Assembly (NCBI GenBank): GCA_965140415.1
Contig: OZ223209.1
Coordinates: 2,880,001-2,944,000, forward strand
Length of the DNA: 64,000 bases
Direction: 5' to 3'
From: Myxococcota bacterium
GTDB lineage: Bacteria; Myxococcota_A; SURF-8
This document shows, one piece after another, positions 1-9,400 of the stretch. The position numbers were made by a program, and so were the translations under genes. The notes beneath the pieces are model-generated. The model saw only the letters and a program-made list of their open reading frames with translations, was not told the DNA's origin and did no database searches. Within the stretch, counting starts at the first letter, position 1. Every line of letters begins with the position of its first letter.

Positions 1-1030
1 GTGCGATCTGGTTTTTCTGTGCTGCGATGCGAGCGAAAAGGTATGCGCCCGATCCCATAAGAATCACATTGTCTGCTCGATGCCAGAAGTTTGCGTCGTG
101 GGCGAATTGATGGGTTCGCGATGGTCGGTCTCCACGCAAATTGAAAATTCCAATTACCCGTTCCGCCTCGTGATGCTTTTCAAGAGAGTAGCGCCAGATG
201 GTTTTCGTTGATTCTGGATCGTTGGCGGCAAAGCCGTTGATGAAAATGATTTTACGACCATAGAAATTCAATGTATATTCGCTCATCGCTCCCGGATCGG
301 GATGCGTATTCCACATGCCTTGAATCGCTGTTTGCCGATCAATGCCGAAATCGGAGAGAATTCGAAGAACCAAAGCTACGTTTTCCTTGTGCTCGGTATA
401 GCAAAATCCCGCCATTTCCTTGTCTGTTACTGCATTCACATCTGCTTCGTCAACACTGACGACGCGAGTCCCTCGATCATTGGCAGCGAGGGTAAGCGTT
501 TCAAGGTGTTTTTGTTCCGCTGTATAAAGCACACCTTTTATGGGAATCATGCCTGCAAGTGTCAGGGCAACGTCTTTTTCGGTCGGTCCCATAATATCAA
601 GATGATCGGCGCGAGCATTGGTGATGACGCCGTGTGTGGCCTTGATCAACATGTTTTCGGAGACCCAGTGCAGCAAAGGTTGCAATGCCATGCATTCCGC
701 AACCAACGCTTCCGCACCGATGTTGATTGCTGCCGAAACAACTCTCTTCTGTTCGATAATATTCGCGCCCAATGGACGGTATATTGGAAACTCTCTGTGG
801 TCAGGTAATATCATGCGCGCAAGAGTGCCGGTGGTTTTAGCTGCTGTAGATATTCCCCCGGCGTTGAGCCCGGCATGAATCAGGCGGGTAACGCTAGATT
901 TTCCCCTTGTGCCACTGACGTGGATACGTGTCGGGAGTTTATGAAGATGGCTCGCGTGCAGTGCTCGTTCGGCTACTCCAAGACCGATTAGTCCTCCTGC
1001 AAGGAGGCTTAGAACTTCTACTCCGACCAT
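1..1030 (-). CDS. pgsB: Poly-gamma-glutamate synthase PgsB/CapB (Mur-ligase family); 3' end runs off the window start
   Basis: Not in the ORF track. Manual translation from ATG at 1030 (RBS AGGAG upstream) gives MVGVEVLSLLAGGLIGLGVAERALH...RIHVSGTRGKSSVTRLIHAG...AKTTGT...GANIIEQ...ALVAECMALQP...HGVITNARADHLDIMGP...FINGFAANDPEST...FNLRGDRPSR, all CapB/PgsB hallmarks. Confidence 0.93.
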   Translation of the reverse strand, partial: MVGVEVLSLLAGGLIGLGVAERALHASHLHKLPTRIHVSGTRGKSSVTRLIHAGLNAGGISTAAKTTGTLARMILPDHREFPIYRPLGANIIEQKRVVSAAINIGAEALVAECMALQPLLHWVSENMLIKATHGVITNARADHLDIMGPTEKDVALTLAGMIPIKGVLYTAEQKHLETLTLAANDRGTRVVSVDEADVNAVTDKEMAGFCYTEHKENVALVLRILSDFGIDRQTAIQGMWNTHPDPGAMSEYTLNFYGRKIIFINGFAANDPESTKTIWRYSLEKHHEAERVIGIFNLRGDRPSRTHQFAHDANFWHRADNVILMGSGAYLFARIAAQKNQIA

Positions 1031-1055
1031 GGTGTCTCCTTAGGTTCGAATGCGA

Positions 1056-1910
1056 CTAAGCATACGATAAAAGCATTGTGCGCACAAGCTTTGCGGCGAC
1101 AATAGAGGAAACTCCGCTTGGGTCGTAATCTGGTGAAAGTTCGACCATGTCCATACCGACGACATGAAGGGCGTTAAGTTTTCTAAGGCTTCGATCTAAG
1201 TCAAAATAGCTACAACCACCAGGTTCAGGTGTGCCCGTTCCCAGCAGCACAGAAGGATCCAGCACGTCCAGGTCCAGCGTTACGTATACCGGGCGTTGTC
1301 CGACTTTAGCAATAATCTGATCGATCGCTTCACCCGCAACAGGATACACACAATTGGCTTGTCGCATCCGGTTCCACTCTTCACGTGTTCCGGAACGAAT
1401 ACCGATCTGGAATGTTTCTCCGGTTGGAAGTGCCTCGGAAATCAAATTCATTACCGTGGCATGGCTCAGGCGAACACCGAGATAATCCTGGCGCATGTCG
1501 GCGTGTGCGTCGAATTGAATGACGCATAGTTCCGGATAATTTGGAAGTAGCGCTTGAATGGCACCCCAAGTTACCAGATGTTCGCCGCCAAGTAAGAAAG
1601 GCTTAGCGCCTCTTTCAAGAATTCCTTCAGTCCCTTTACGGATAATCTCCAGTACTCGGGCACTGTCGCCCATAGGAAGATCAAGATTGCCGAGATCTGC
1701 AAAAGCAAGATCATCAAGACTTTGAGTACAGATTGGACAGTAGTCTTCAAGACCTTCAGATGCTTCGCGCAACGCGTTGGGACCGCTTCTTGAGCCGGAG
1801 CGAAAACTGCTCGTGCCATCGAACGGAGCGCCGAAAAGAGCCCAACCGCCGCTTATCAATTCAGTCGAAGCACATAAAAAAGGTTTTGCCTTCAGGAATT
1901 CAGCAGGCAT
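1056..1910 (-). CDS. speB: Agmatinase / ureohydrolase (arginase family)
   Basis: GAPFDGTSSFRSGSRSGP, GGEHLVT, DAHAD, DLDVLDP, GTGTPEPGG and VELSP motifs; polyamine operon context. Confidence 0.93.
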   Translation of the reverse strand: MPAEFLKAKPFLCASTELISGGWALFGAPFDGTSSFRSGSRSGPNALREASEGLEDYCPICTQSLDDLAFADLGNLDLPMGDSARVLEIIRKGTEGILERGAKPFLLGGEHLVTWGAIQALLPNYPELCVIQFDAHADMRQDYLGVRLSHATVMNLISEALPTGETFQIGIRSGTREEWNRMRQANCVYPVAGEAIDQIIAKVGQRPVYVTLDLDVLDPSVLLGTGTPEPGGCSYFDLDRSLRKLNALHVVGMDMVELSPDYDPSGVSSIVAAKLVRTMLLSYA

Positions 1911-1912
1911 GA

Positions 1913-2770
1913 TTATTGGCCTTCGGAAATTAATTCCTGATACAGAGTTTGAGCAAATGCGGGAAGGTGGAACGCGCTGTTTTGAGTCTCTGCCGTATAA
2001 TAGCGCAATCCTTTCATATTCTCAACGCGTTGCCGATTGAAATGCTCGTGTGGGGTTCTGCTCTGCGATGCGAAAGCGAATGTCCAGTAGCCGCTCGGAT
2101 ACATCGGTATTGCACCGCCATATGCAGCGATGTTTTTGAAAACCTGACGCAATTCGAGGAACGTACGCTTCCATGGTTCCAATTGGTAAAACGGAGATTC
2201 CGCTTGCTGAACGAAAATACCACCCGATTTTAGGGCTCGGTTGCAGTCTTCGTAGAAAGGTGAGCGGAAAAGGCCTTCTGCAAATCCGATGGGATCGGTG
2301 GAATCCACGATGATGACGTCGAAGCTGTTTTTATGCTGCCGAATATACTCGATTCCATCCCCAACAAAGACTTCCGCTTTAGGAGAATCGAAACCGCAGG
2401 CAACAAATGGAAGATGCTTTTTGCTTTCAGTGATGACCATTTCGTCGATTTCGCACAATACAGCGCGTTCGACTTCGGGGTGTTTGGTTACTTCCCGTAA
2501 GGTGCCACCGTCGCCGCCGCCGATGATCAGTACCTGCGCGGGAGATGGATGGGCAAAAAGGGTAGGGTGCACCAGCAGTTCATGGTAAGTGAACTCATGC
2601 TTTTCAGTCAGCATGAGAAAACCATCTAATGCCATAACACGGCCTACGGATTCATTTTCGAAGATATCCAGTTGTTGCATGCCGGTATGAACGGATACCA
2701 GTTCGTGATCGATGCGAATCGTTTGACCGTATCCCTTTTCGGCTTCTTTGAACCACTTCGCGTTACTCAT
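1913..2770 (-). CDS. speE: Polyamine aminopropyltransferase (spermidine synthase)
   Basis: YHELLVHP, VLIIGGGDGGTLREV, CEID, DVIIVDSTDP and PMYPSGYW motifs. Confidence 0.96.
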   Translation of the reverse strand: MSNAKWFKEAEKGYGQTIRIDHELVSVHTGMQQLDIFENESVGRVMALDGFLMLTEKHEFTYHELLVHPTLFAHPSPAQVLIIGGGDGGTLREVTKHPEVERAVLCEIDEMVITESKKHLPFVACGFDSPKAEVFVGDGIEYIRQHKNSFDVIIVDSTDPIGFAEGLFRSPFYEDCNRALKSGGIFVQQAESPFYQLEPWKRTFLELRQVFKNIAAYGGAIPMYPSGYWTFAFASQSRTPHEHFNRQRVENMKGLRYYTAETQNSAFHLPAFAQTLYQELISEGQ

Positions 2771-2788
2771 CTGTACTACCTCAGCCGA

Positions 2789-3274
2789 TTATTGGTCAAT
2801 GGAAGCCATCGGGAACAGGACGACGCCTGCAAATGATGCTCCGACGGTTTCGACTTCATGTTCTGTTGAGATGGACAGGATACGGTCGAGCTCGAAGTTC
2901 CGGTATTTGAAAGCTTCTTCCGCCATGGAACGGACTACGCGTTCAATATCCTGGGAGCGGCCACGTGCGCTGTATTCCATAATCACACCTGGTAATTCCG
3001 GGTCTTTTGGCACTGCGATAGCCACCGCTGCCGAAATGATATCTTGCGGTGTAGAAGATTCGATGCTGCCGTACGCAATCGGAGTATACCCGCCTAATGG
3101 TAGCTTCACCGGTTTGCTCTCGATCATGCCGGGAGGCAGGATGGAGGACAACTTGATAAGATTGACATTCCCGACGCCTGCATTTAACAAAGCGGCATCA
3201 AACGCATTAAGAATCGTGTATCCTTCCGAGTGACCGGCGCAAAGGAAAAAATGAGTCGGCTTTTCCAGCAACAT
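2789..3274 (-). CDS. pdaD: Pyruvoyl-dependent arginine decarboxylase
   Basis: LNAFDAALLNAGVGNVNLIKLSSILPP with the Ser-Ser self-cleavage site, and GVIMEY. ATG at 3274 overlaps the speD stop (TGATG). Confidence 0.9.
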   Translation of the reverse strand: MLLEKPTHFFLCAGHSEGYTILNAFDAALLNAGVGNVNLIKLSSILPPGMIESKPVKLPLGGYTPIAYGSIESSTPQDIISAAVAIAVPKDPELPGVIMEYSARGRSQDIERVVRSMAEEAFKYRNFELDRILSISTEHEVETVGASFAGVVLFPMASIDQ

Positions 3275-3693
3275 CAAGCATCTCCGTGTTGAAAATGAAA
3301 AGAATTGAGTTCGGTTCGCGGCAGGTCTATATGGGTTTCCGAAACTTCAATAATCCCACGTTTCATTTCTTGATGCGCCGTCCGCCCAGCTTTGAGTTTA
3401 CGTTCGATGTATTCGAACGCGATCCATGGATCTACCGTATCGCCACAGGTGAAGAGATCCAGCGCGGCATATCCACTCTCTGGCCATGTATGGATGGACA
3501 AATGTGACTCGGCGATCACGACCACTCCACTCACTCCTTGTGGGGAAAATTTATGAATGACGTTTCCCACGATGGTGGCTCCGGCTAATTCCGCAGCCTG
3601 CAACATCATGCGGTTTACCGATTCCTGATCGTTCAAAACGACCGGATCGCAGTCATACATTTCCACAAGAATATGACGTCCCAATTCTTTCAT
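3274..3693 (-). CDS. speD: S-adenosylmethionine decarboxylase proenzyme (short SpeD/SpeH type)
   Basis: [38 protein letters not shown] (ESH cleavage site), DLFTCG. Confidence 0.95.
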   Translation of the reverse strand: MKELGRHILVEMYDCDPVVLNDQESVNRMMLQAAELAGATIVGNVIHKFSPQGVSGVVVIAESHLSIHTWPESGYAALDLFTCGDTVDPWIAFEYIERKLKAGRTAHQEMKRGIIEVSETHIDLPRTELNSFHFQHGDA

Positions 3694-3736
3694 TTCTTAG
3701 ACTCCACTCGAAAACAGCGTCACATGCGCAAAATGG

Positions 3737-3783
3737 AAGAAAAGAGCCGGGGAGGGACTGATCTGCTCAGTCGCCTCTCCCGG
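3737..3783 (-). terminator. Intrinsic terminator-like hairpin between HU and speD
   Basis: Minus strand CCGGGAGAGGCGACTGA-GCAGA-TCAGTCCCTCCCCGG followed by CTCTTTTCTT. Confidence 0.6.
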
Positions 3784-3848
3784 GTCCGTTCGCTTTACCC
3801 TAAAAAGGTAAAAACAGGAAAAGAATCAACTTGTCAGTTTAGTATCCG

Positions 3849-4178
3849 TTATTTTTTGGCTTTCTTAGGCGGAACGATTGATTCCTGGAAAGATTTGGAC
3901 AGTCGCATCTTCACAACGGTCTTGGCGGCAATTTTGATCGTTTCGCCGGTGGCCGGATTGCGTCCCATGCGTGCTGCACGTTTGGTCAGGGCTACTTTAC
4001 CCATGCCGGGAATGGTGAAGGTTCCGTTTTTCTTGGCTTCTTTGGCGGCCAGTTTGACCAACTCATCAAGAAAGTCACCAGCGGTGGCTTTGCTGATTTC
4101 AAACGTGTCGGCGAAATGTGCAATCACCTGAGCTTTGGTCATCGGCTTTTTGGGGGCGGCTGTTTTTTTCTCTGCCAT
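3849..4178 (-). CDS. HU-family DNA-binding protein with Lys-rich tails
   Basis: MTKAQVIAHFA...FTIPGMGK...RAARMGRNPATGETIKIAAK HU signature; RBS AGGAG. Confidence 0.93.
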   Translation of the reverse strand: MAEKKTAAPKKPMTKAQVIAHFADTFEISKATAGDFLDELVKLAAKEAKKNGTFTIPGMGKVALTKRAARMGRNPATGETIKIAAKTVVKMRLSKSFQESIVPPKKAKK

Positions 4179-4419
4179 GTTAAGTCTCCTTAATCATTTA
4201 GAATTAGTTGAATGCTACTATGCAGTTCCTGAAAAAATCGTAGTACATCAAAAGCGAATAGATATTTTCAGAAACCGAAACCATAATTGAATCATCTATT
4301 GCGTTCCTTTTAAGACACTAAAAATGGAACGAGAACCGTTTGCCCGCTGTTGCAATACTAAAAACGCCGCAGCATTGCTTGGCGAGAGCGAATTCTTTTA
4401 TACTCTAAGTCGTATAAAG

Positions 4420-4713
4420 TCAATGTACTTCTTTGCCGCGAATCAATCTAATACTTGAATCTTCGGACATCTCGATCATCAACATGCCGTCATCGCCTTT
4501 ATGGACGATTCCTGTGACTTGAACTTCCTGGCGTAATCTGGAAAATAATTCCTGGGAGGATGGGGTCTCTATGACAAAATATTCTTTTTCACCATCAGTG
4601 AAAATGCTTACTCCGGTGACTTGGTTGTCTTTGCCCCATTTGGAGGCAGTGACAATACCGGTAACCGTTGTGATTTTATCATGCTTCTTTCCAGGCAAAA
4701 TGTACCTCATCAC
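4420..4713 (-). CDS. Small hypothetical protein, beta-rich (possibly OB-fold-like)
   Basis: 97-aa ORF directly downstream of a sigma54 promoter; alternating beta-strand pattern (TVTGIV, VSIFT, VQVTGIV). Confidence 0.7.
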   Translation of the reverse strand: MMRYILPGKKHDKITTVTGIVTASKWGKDNQVTGVSIFTDGEKEYFVIETPSSQELFSRLRQEVQVTGIVHKGDDGMLMIEMSEDSSIRLIRGKEVH

Positions 4714-4758
4714 TCATGGCCAGATATCGAGTCTTGCAAAATCAACGGGCCGCACTAA

Positions 4759-4774
4759 AGCAGAAATCGTGCCA
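4759..4774 (-). promoter_or_regulatory. Sigma54 (-24/-12) promoter
   Basis: Minus strand TGGCACGATTTCTGCT versus consensus TGGCAC-N5-TTGCW, with GG and GC correctly spaced; about 45 bp upstream of the 97-aa ORF and next to a bEBP gene. Confidence 0.85.
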
Positions 4775-4849
4775 CATAAAGAAATTAGAAATAGGTGTAA
4801 CAAATACAATAGGATACTGTTGAGTCGCAAAATTGGTTAGATGATAAAT

Positions 4850-4998
4850 TCGGAACTGTAATGTCCGATAAACCGATTCTGGTTGCATTGAAGGACGAAT
4901 GTTTTCTGTGATTCTCGTTAACACAATGATATTACAGAAGATGTACGAGTCGGAATAAATATGTCCGAAATAGCACTATTCGGAAGCTCAATGTCTGG
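4850..4998. promoter_or_regulatory. Three copies of a 19-bp imperfect palindrome, putative bEBP upstream activator sequences
   Basis: TCGGAActgtaATGTCCGA (4850-4868), TCGGAAtaaatATGTCCGA (4950-4968), TCGGAAgctcaATGTCTGG (4980-4998). Confidence 0.7.
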
Positions 4999-6421
4999 TT
5001 GTGGAGGGGGGCTTGAAGTCCGCCTTGTTAAGACTATGTTTGACCATCAGGCGATGTAGCTGGCGTTCTGTAATGCCAGCGGCTTTGGCGGATAGACCGA
5101 TTTTTCCTTCACATCGCGTTAGCAAGTCATTTAGGTAGCGCTGTTCAAGAACATGATATGCAGACTGGCGGAAGCTGGACAAGGATTGGTTGGTATCAAC
5201 TGGTCGATCCGTTCGCGTGGCATGACCTTCGAAGAGATCGGATGGAAAAGCTTCTTCGGTAAGGATGGAACTCTCTTCCAGCAAATACGCTCGCTCGATC
5301 AGGTTTTCCAGCTCACGAATGTTTCCCGGCCATTCATAATGCTGAAATGCATCCAGTACGTTGGCGTGAATATAATGGATTTCTTTTTGGTATAGAAGAT
5401 TCAAGCGCGAAAGAAAAGTGTCTGTTAATAGTGGTATGTCCTCTCTGCGTTCTCGCAATGCCGGCAGTTCAATAGGAAAGACATTCAGGCGATAGAACAA
5501 ATCACTGCGAAAGGTGCCTTCAAGGCGCCGTTGATTCAAGTCTTCATTCGTTGCTGCGATAATGCGAACATCCACATCGATGTCCTTGGGGCTGCCGAGG
5601 CGGCGAATCTGTTTGTCCTGTAGTACTTGCAGAAGTTTAACCTGCATGGATTGACTGATCGTTCCTACTTCATCTAGAAACAGTGTTCCTCCATCCGCAA
5701 CTTCAAAGCGACCCAGCTTGCGTTCTGTGGCTCCTGTAAAAGCTCCTTTTTCATGACCGAACAATTCACTTTCCAGCAAACTATCTGGGATCGCTCCGCA
5801 ATGTACCGAAATAAACTGGTCCTCTTTGCGTTCGCTGTGACGGTGCAGCAGTTTGGCAAGTAATCCTTTACCGGTACCTGTTTCTCCGGTCAGCAGCACC
5901 GTAACTTTCTTTCCGGCCACGGTTCGGACCTTGTTAAAGATCGCCTGCATTTTGGGACTGTTGGTAGTAACCACTTCCAGCGAATCGTCTTGCCAGAATC
6001 GATCTCGCAGGTAATCCAATTCAAGTTGCAGGTATTTGGATTCGTCCAGGTCCTCTAGCTCGTGGAGGACTTCTTCTCGGACGATTGGATAGGTCAGGTA
6101 GGTGCTGGCTCCAGCGCGAATAATCGAAACGGTTTCTCGGATGCGCTCCGGTGGTGTCAGGATGATGATTTCCACTGATGGAAAAAGCCGCCAGATCCCC
6201 GCCAGTACGCTTTGCATCTCCTTTAAGCTGCGACGACTTTTTGCCGTGCGCAGGATCAAATCGATTTCAAGAAATAAAATCTCATACAGTCGATCCTGGC
6301 GACTTTCAAGAATTTCAAGCGACGGGCCAACAAGAAGGTCCGTCTCGCAGGTGCTTGCCAGCACGTTTTGCAGCGTGCGGCCCATCGCTTGGTTTTCTAC
6401 AGCCACCAGAATCGATTGCAT
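4988..6421 (-). CDS. Sigma54-dependent transcriptional activator (NtrC-like bEBP) with degenerate receiver domain
   Basis: Walker A GETGTGKG, ESELFGHEKGAFTGA, Walker B FLDEV, FYRLNV, WPGNIRELEN, C-terminal HTH. Confidence 0.95.
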   Translation of the reverse strand: MQSILVAVENQAMGRTLQNVLASTCETDLLVGPSLEILESRQDRLYEILFLEIDLILRTAKSRRSLKEMQSVLAGIWRLFPSVEIIILTPPERIRETVSIIRAGASTYLTYPIVREEVLHELEDLDESKYLQLELDYLRDRFWQDDSLEVVTTNSPKMQAIFNKVRTVAGKKVTVLLTGETGTGKGLLAKLLHRHSERKEDQFISVHCGAIPDSLLESELFGHEKGAFTGATERKLGRFEVADGGTLFLDEVGTISQSMQVKLLQVLQDKQIRRLGSPKDIDVDVRIIAATNEDLNQRRLEGTFRSDLFYRLNVFPIELPALRERREDIPLLTDTFLSRLNLLYQKEIHYIHANVLDAFQHYEWPGNIRELENLIERAYLLEESSILTEEAFPSDLFEGHATRTDRPVDTNQSLSSFRQSAYHVLEQRYLNDLLTRCEGKIGLSAKAAGITERQLHRLMVKHSLNKADFKPPSTTRH

Positions 6422-6438
6422 GTTGATCCGTTACCTAA

Positions 6439-9400
6439 TTACCGACTGCTACAGTCGACAGCATCATCAAAGTAATCGTCAGGGAATTCGATTTCACAGA
6501 ATTCGTTGCAATTTCCGTCGTTCTGCAATCCGCAGGGGTCGTCCGCCGAACAACTGCAATTGGTGTAGATGCGTTGTTCGCAGTGGTCCTGGGCTACCTG
6601 ATCGCAATCGTACACACAGCGGCAGGTTTCATTTTCATACCCAGGAGTTGTGTATTCATGACAAACACCCGACAGAGCTTCGCTTACATCGATGCAATAA
6701 CGATTGCAGTCCGCGGCTTTTAACGTGTTCGTGGTTTGGTAGCAATAACAGAGATCCAAGGCATCCATGCAACCGAATGGCGGATTTTCAATGTCACAAG
6801 GACCGGCACAGCCGGTGATTGTGCCTAAATCAGCCTCGAAGGTGAACAGCCCCATGGAGGTTTCGTAAACACCATCGACAATGAGATACACGGTTTGAGC
6901 GCTACCGGTTTCGTTGATGTAATTGATGCGACTGGAGGATGCGGAGATGCAAGTGTCCATATCCGCAGGATCCGTTATCAGCACCAGCCTTGGCCCGAAG
7001 CTGACAGCCGATGTCAAAGCCGCAGCGAAGAAATCTCCACTTTGCAGATCTGCACGATAAACGACATCCGGTCCGATCAGTTCGCTGGATGCACAGCCAT
7101 CGGCACCTGGATCGTAATCGTTGGTTGCTCCGATCGTACTACCTTCGTAAACGCCGGGGCTGTCTATCAGCAGAGCCGTTTCTGCCGTGTTGTTACTTGG
7201 GGCAGTAATCGCTTCGTAAGCAATGTTCAAAGTAAAGGTCGTATCCTCGTTTGGATCGAGAAGGAACGTGTCCACGATCAGGAACGCCGAAAGCAACTCA
7301 TCGGATTCATTAGCGTAGATGAATTGCTCGATACCTGCTTCATAGTTGGTGTCTGCTCCTGCCAGGCAGCTGTCGTTCGCAGCGGAGCAATCTGTTACCA
7401 GATAAATCTGGGAGTCGAAGGGCGCATCGATGATTACCTTAATTGTATGATTTGCAGGAACCTCGACCGAGTAAGCCAAGTCTTTCCCCATGGCTCCCCA
7501 GCCTGTGCAATTGGCAGCGGTGTAATTAGCGCCTGCCCCGCTGAAGTCAAGATCGTGCTCCCCAGCAGCTAACGTGTCTGCACCCGCGCAAGTGCTATTT
7601 TGGGCTAGATTGTAGCGGTCAACATAGAGCAGGAACGGATCGTCGGACAGTCCCACCACATAAGGCGACTGGGTGACCTCGATGTAAACGTCCTGCTCTT
7701 GTTCCGGCTGGTAGCCAATCAACACCGAGAAGTAGTTTCCTCCGTTCGAGCTGATGTCATCGTTGATCCAGCCTTCGATTTCGTTGCCGAAGCGATCCAG
7801 AAGGCGAACGATTGTATCCGCCGCAGTGTCGCAGAAAGGCATAGTACGCACATCCAGTCCTTGTGTAGGACTTACATGGATCTTGAACAGATCGATGTCC
7901 GGGTGCCCTTCTTGCGGGGTAAAGACTTCCGATATTGTAGTTGGGAAATCGTTCAGTTCCATCGCTGAAAGCAGATCGTTGTTGGGTTCTATTTCCATGC
8001 CGTCGATTTCCGGGGATAAATCACAGTAGCCGCCGGAGCAAACCAGCATGTCACATCCGCAATCCGCATCGGAAGAGCAGTTACCCGTTTGGCAGAAGCC
8101 ATTCTGGCAGATGCCACTACCGCAATCCGCCTGTTCTGTACAGGGGTTACCATCCGGCTGGCTTTGTTGGCAATAGCCGTCTTCATTGCATGTTGAGGGT
8201 AGGCTACAAGCGCCGGTTACAGGCAGACAAAGTTTATCGTATCCGTTAATGTTGTAGCAGCGTGTACCGGTGGGACACACTTTATTGAAGTAGCCGCAAT
8301 CCAACGCACAGAAACTGTTGCCGTCTATGCCGGTGACGCATTGATTGAATCCCCAGCCTTCAGCGTTGCATTCGTAATCGAAGTTATCGGGGTCACAAGG
8401 GGTGCACATTCCAGCTTCCTGTGGTTCGATCAGGACCGATCCTTCGCAATGAGTGGCGTTATCGCAGGTGGTGGTGCATTCACCATTTATACATTGACCG
8501 GTTTCACAGTCGATGTCGTTGCGGCAGTAACCGAATAGGTAACGTTGATTCTGGAAGCTCAATACACAGCGATTGTCGAAGCAGGACATACCATCCGGGC
8601 ACTGATCGTCGCTCTGGCAGGCATCGCTACAGTAAGTGACTTGGAAATTGGGGTCAGGGTAGCATTCTCCGCTGCATTGTTCTTGTGATTCACAGTAATC
8701 CATGCAGCTGTTCCAATAGCAGTATAATCCCTCTTCACATTCCAGTGTGGCGTTGCAGTACGCGCCGACCGGCTTGATGTGAACCTTTGCAGAGGGGACG
8801 CAAGAAGAAACATTGTCTTCCTCCAGGCACTCTCCGCTTGAGCAGGTCGCACTTTCACAGTCGTCAGTGCAGATCATTTCCCCCAGAACCTCGCGGCACA
8901 GCCCTGAAGTACATTGCCAGTCGCCGACACAAGCCTGACCAAAGCCGAGGTTCATGTCTACATCGCGAGTGCATACGCCGGTGTCTGGGTTCGCCATCAT
9001 ACCGAAGACGCAACTCATGCCCGCAGGGCAGGTATCCACTCCAGCAAATACCCAACATTGGCCGGAGCAGTAATTGTTCAGACAGTATCGGCTATTGCAA
9101 TCCGCGCCGCTGGCACAAACCTGGTTCATGGTATTGCTGCCTTGGGGAACGCAAATATACCCGAATTCACCGGATTCCAGGCATTTTCCGCAGCCTTCAC
9201 ATAACAGATCGCTGCCACCGATTCCGGCAACTTCACAATTTTTGGTGCAGAAACGATAGCTGCCATATGCCAGGCAGGAACCTTCGGTACAGTCCGCATC
9301 ACTGTTGCAAACGTTAAACAGACCTAAACTACTGTCGCCAGGCAGGGTGTCATCGATCAGGATCGGACGGCAGATTTTCCCGATGTCCAGACCGCCCCAG

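Noticed and set aside
271-878. Plus-strand ORFs of 62, 168 and 86 aa
   Set aside because: Antisense shadows of pgsB on the minus strand; no motifs.
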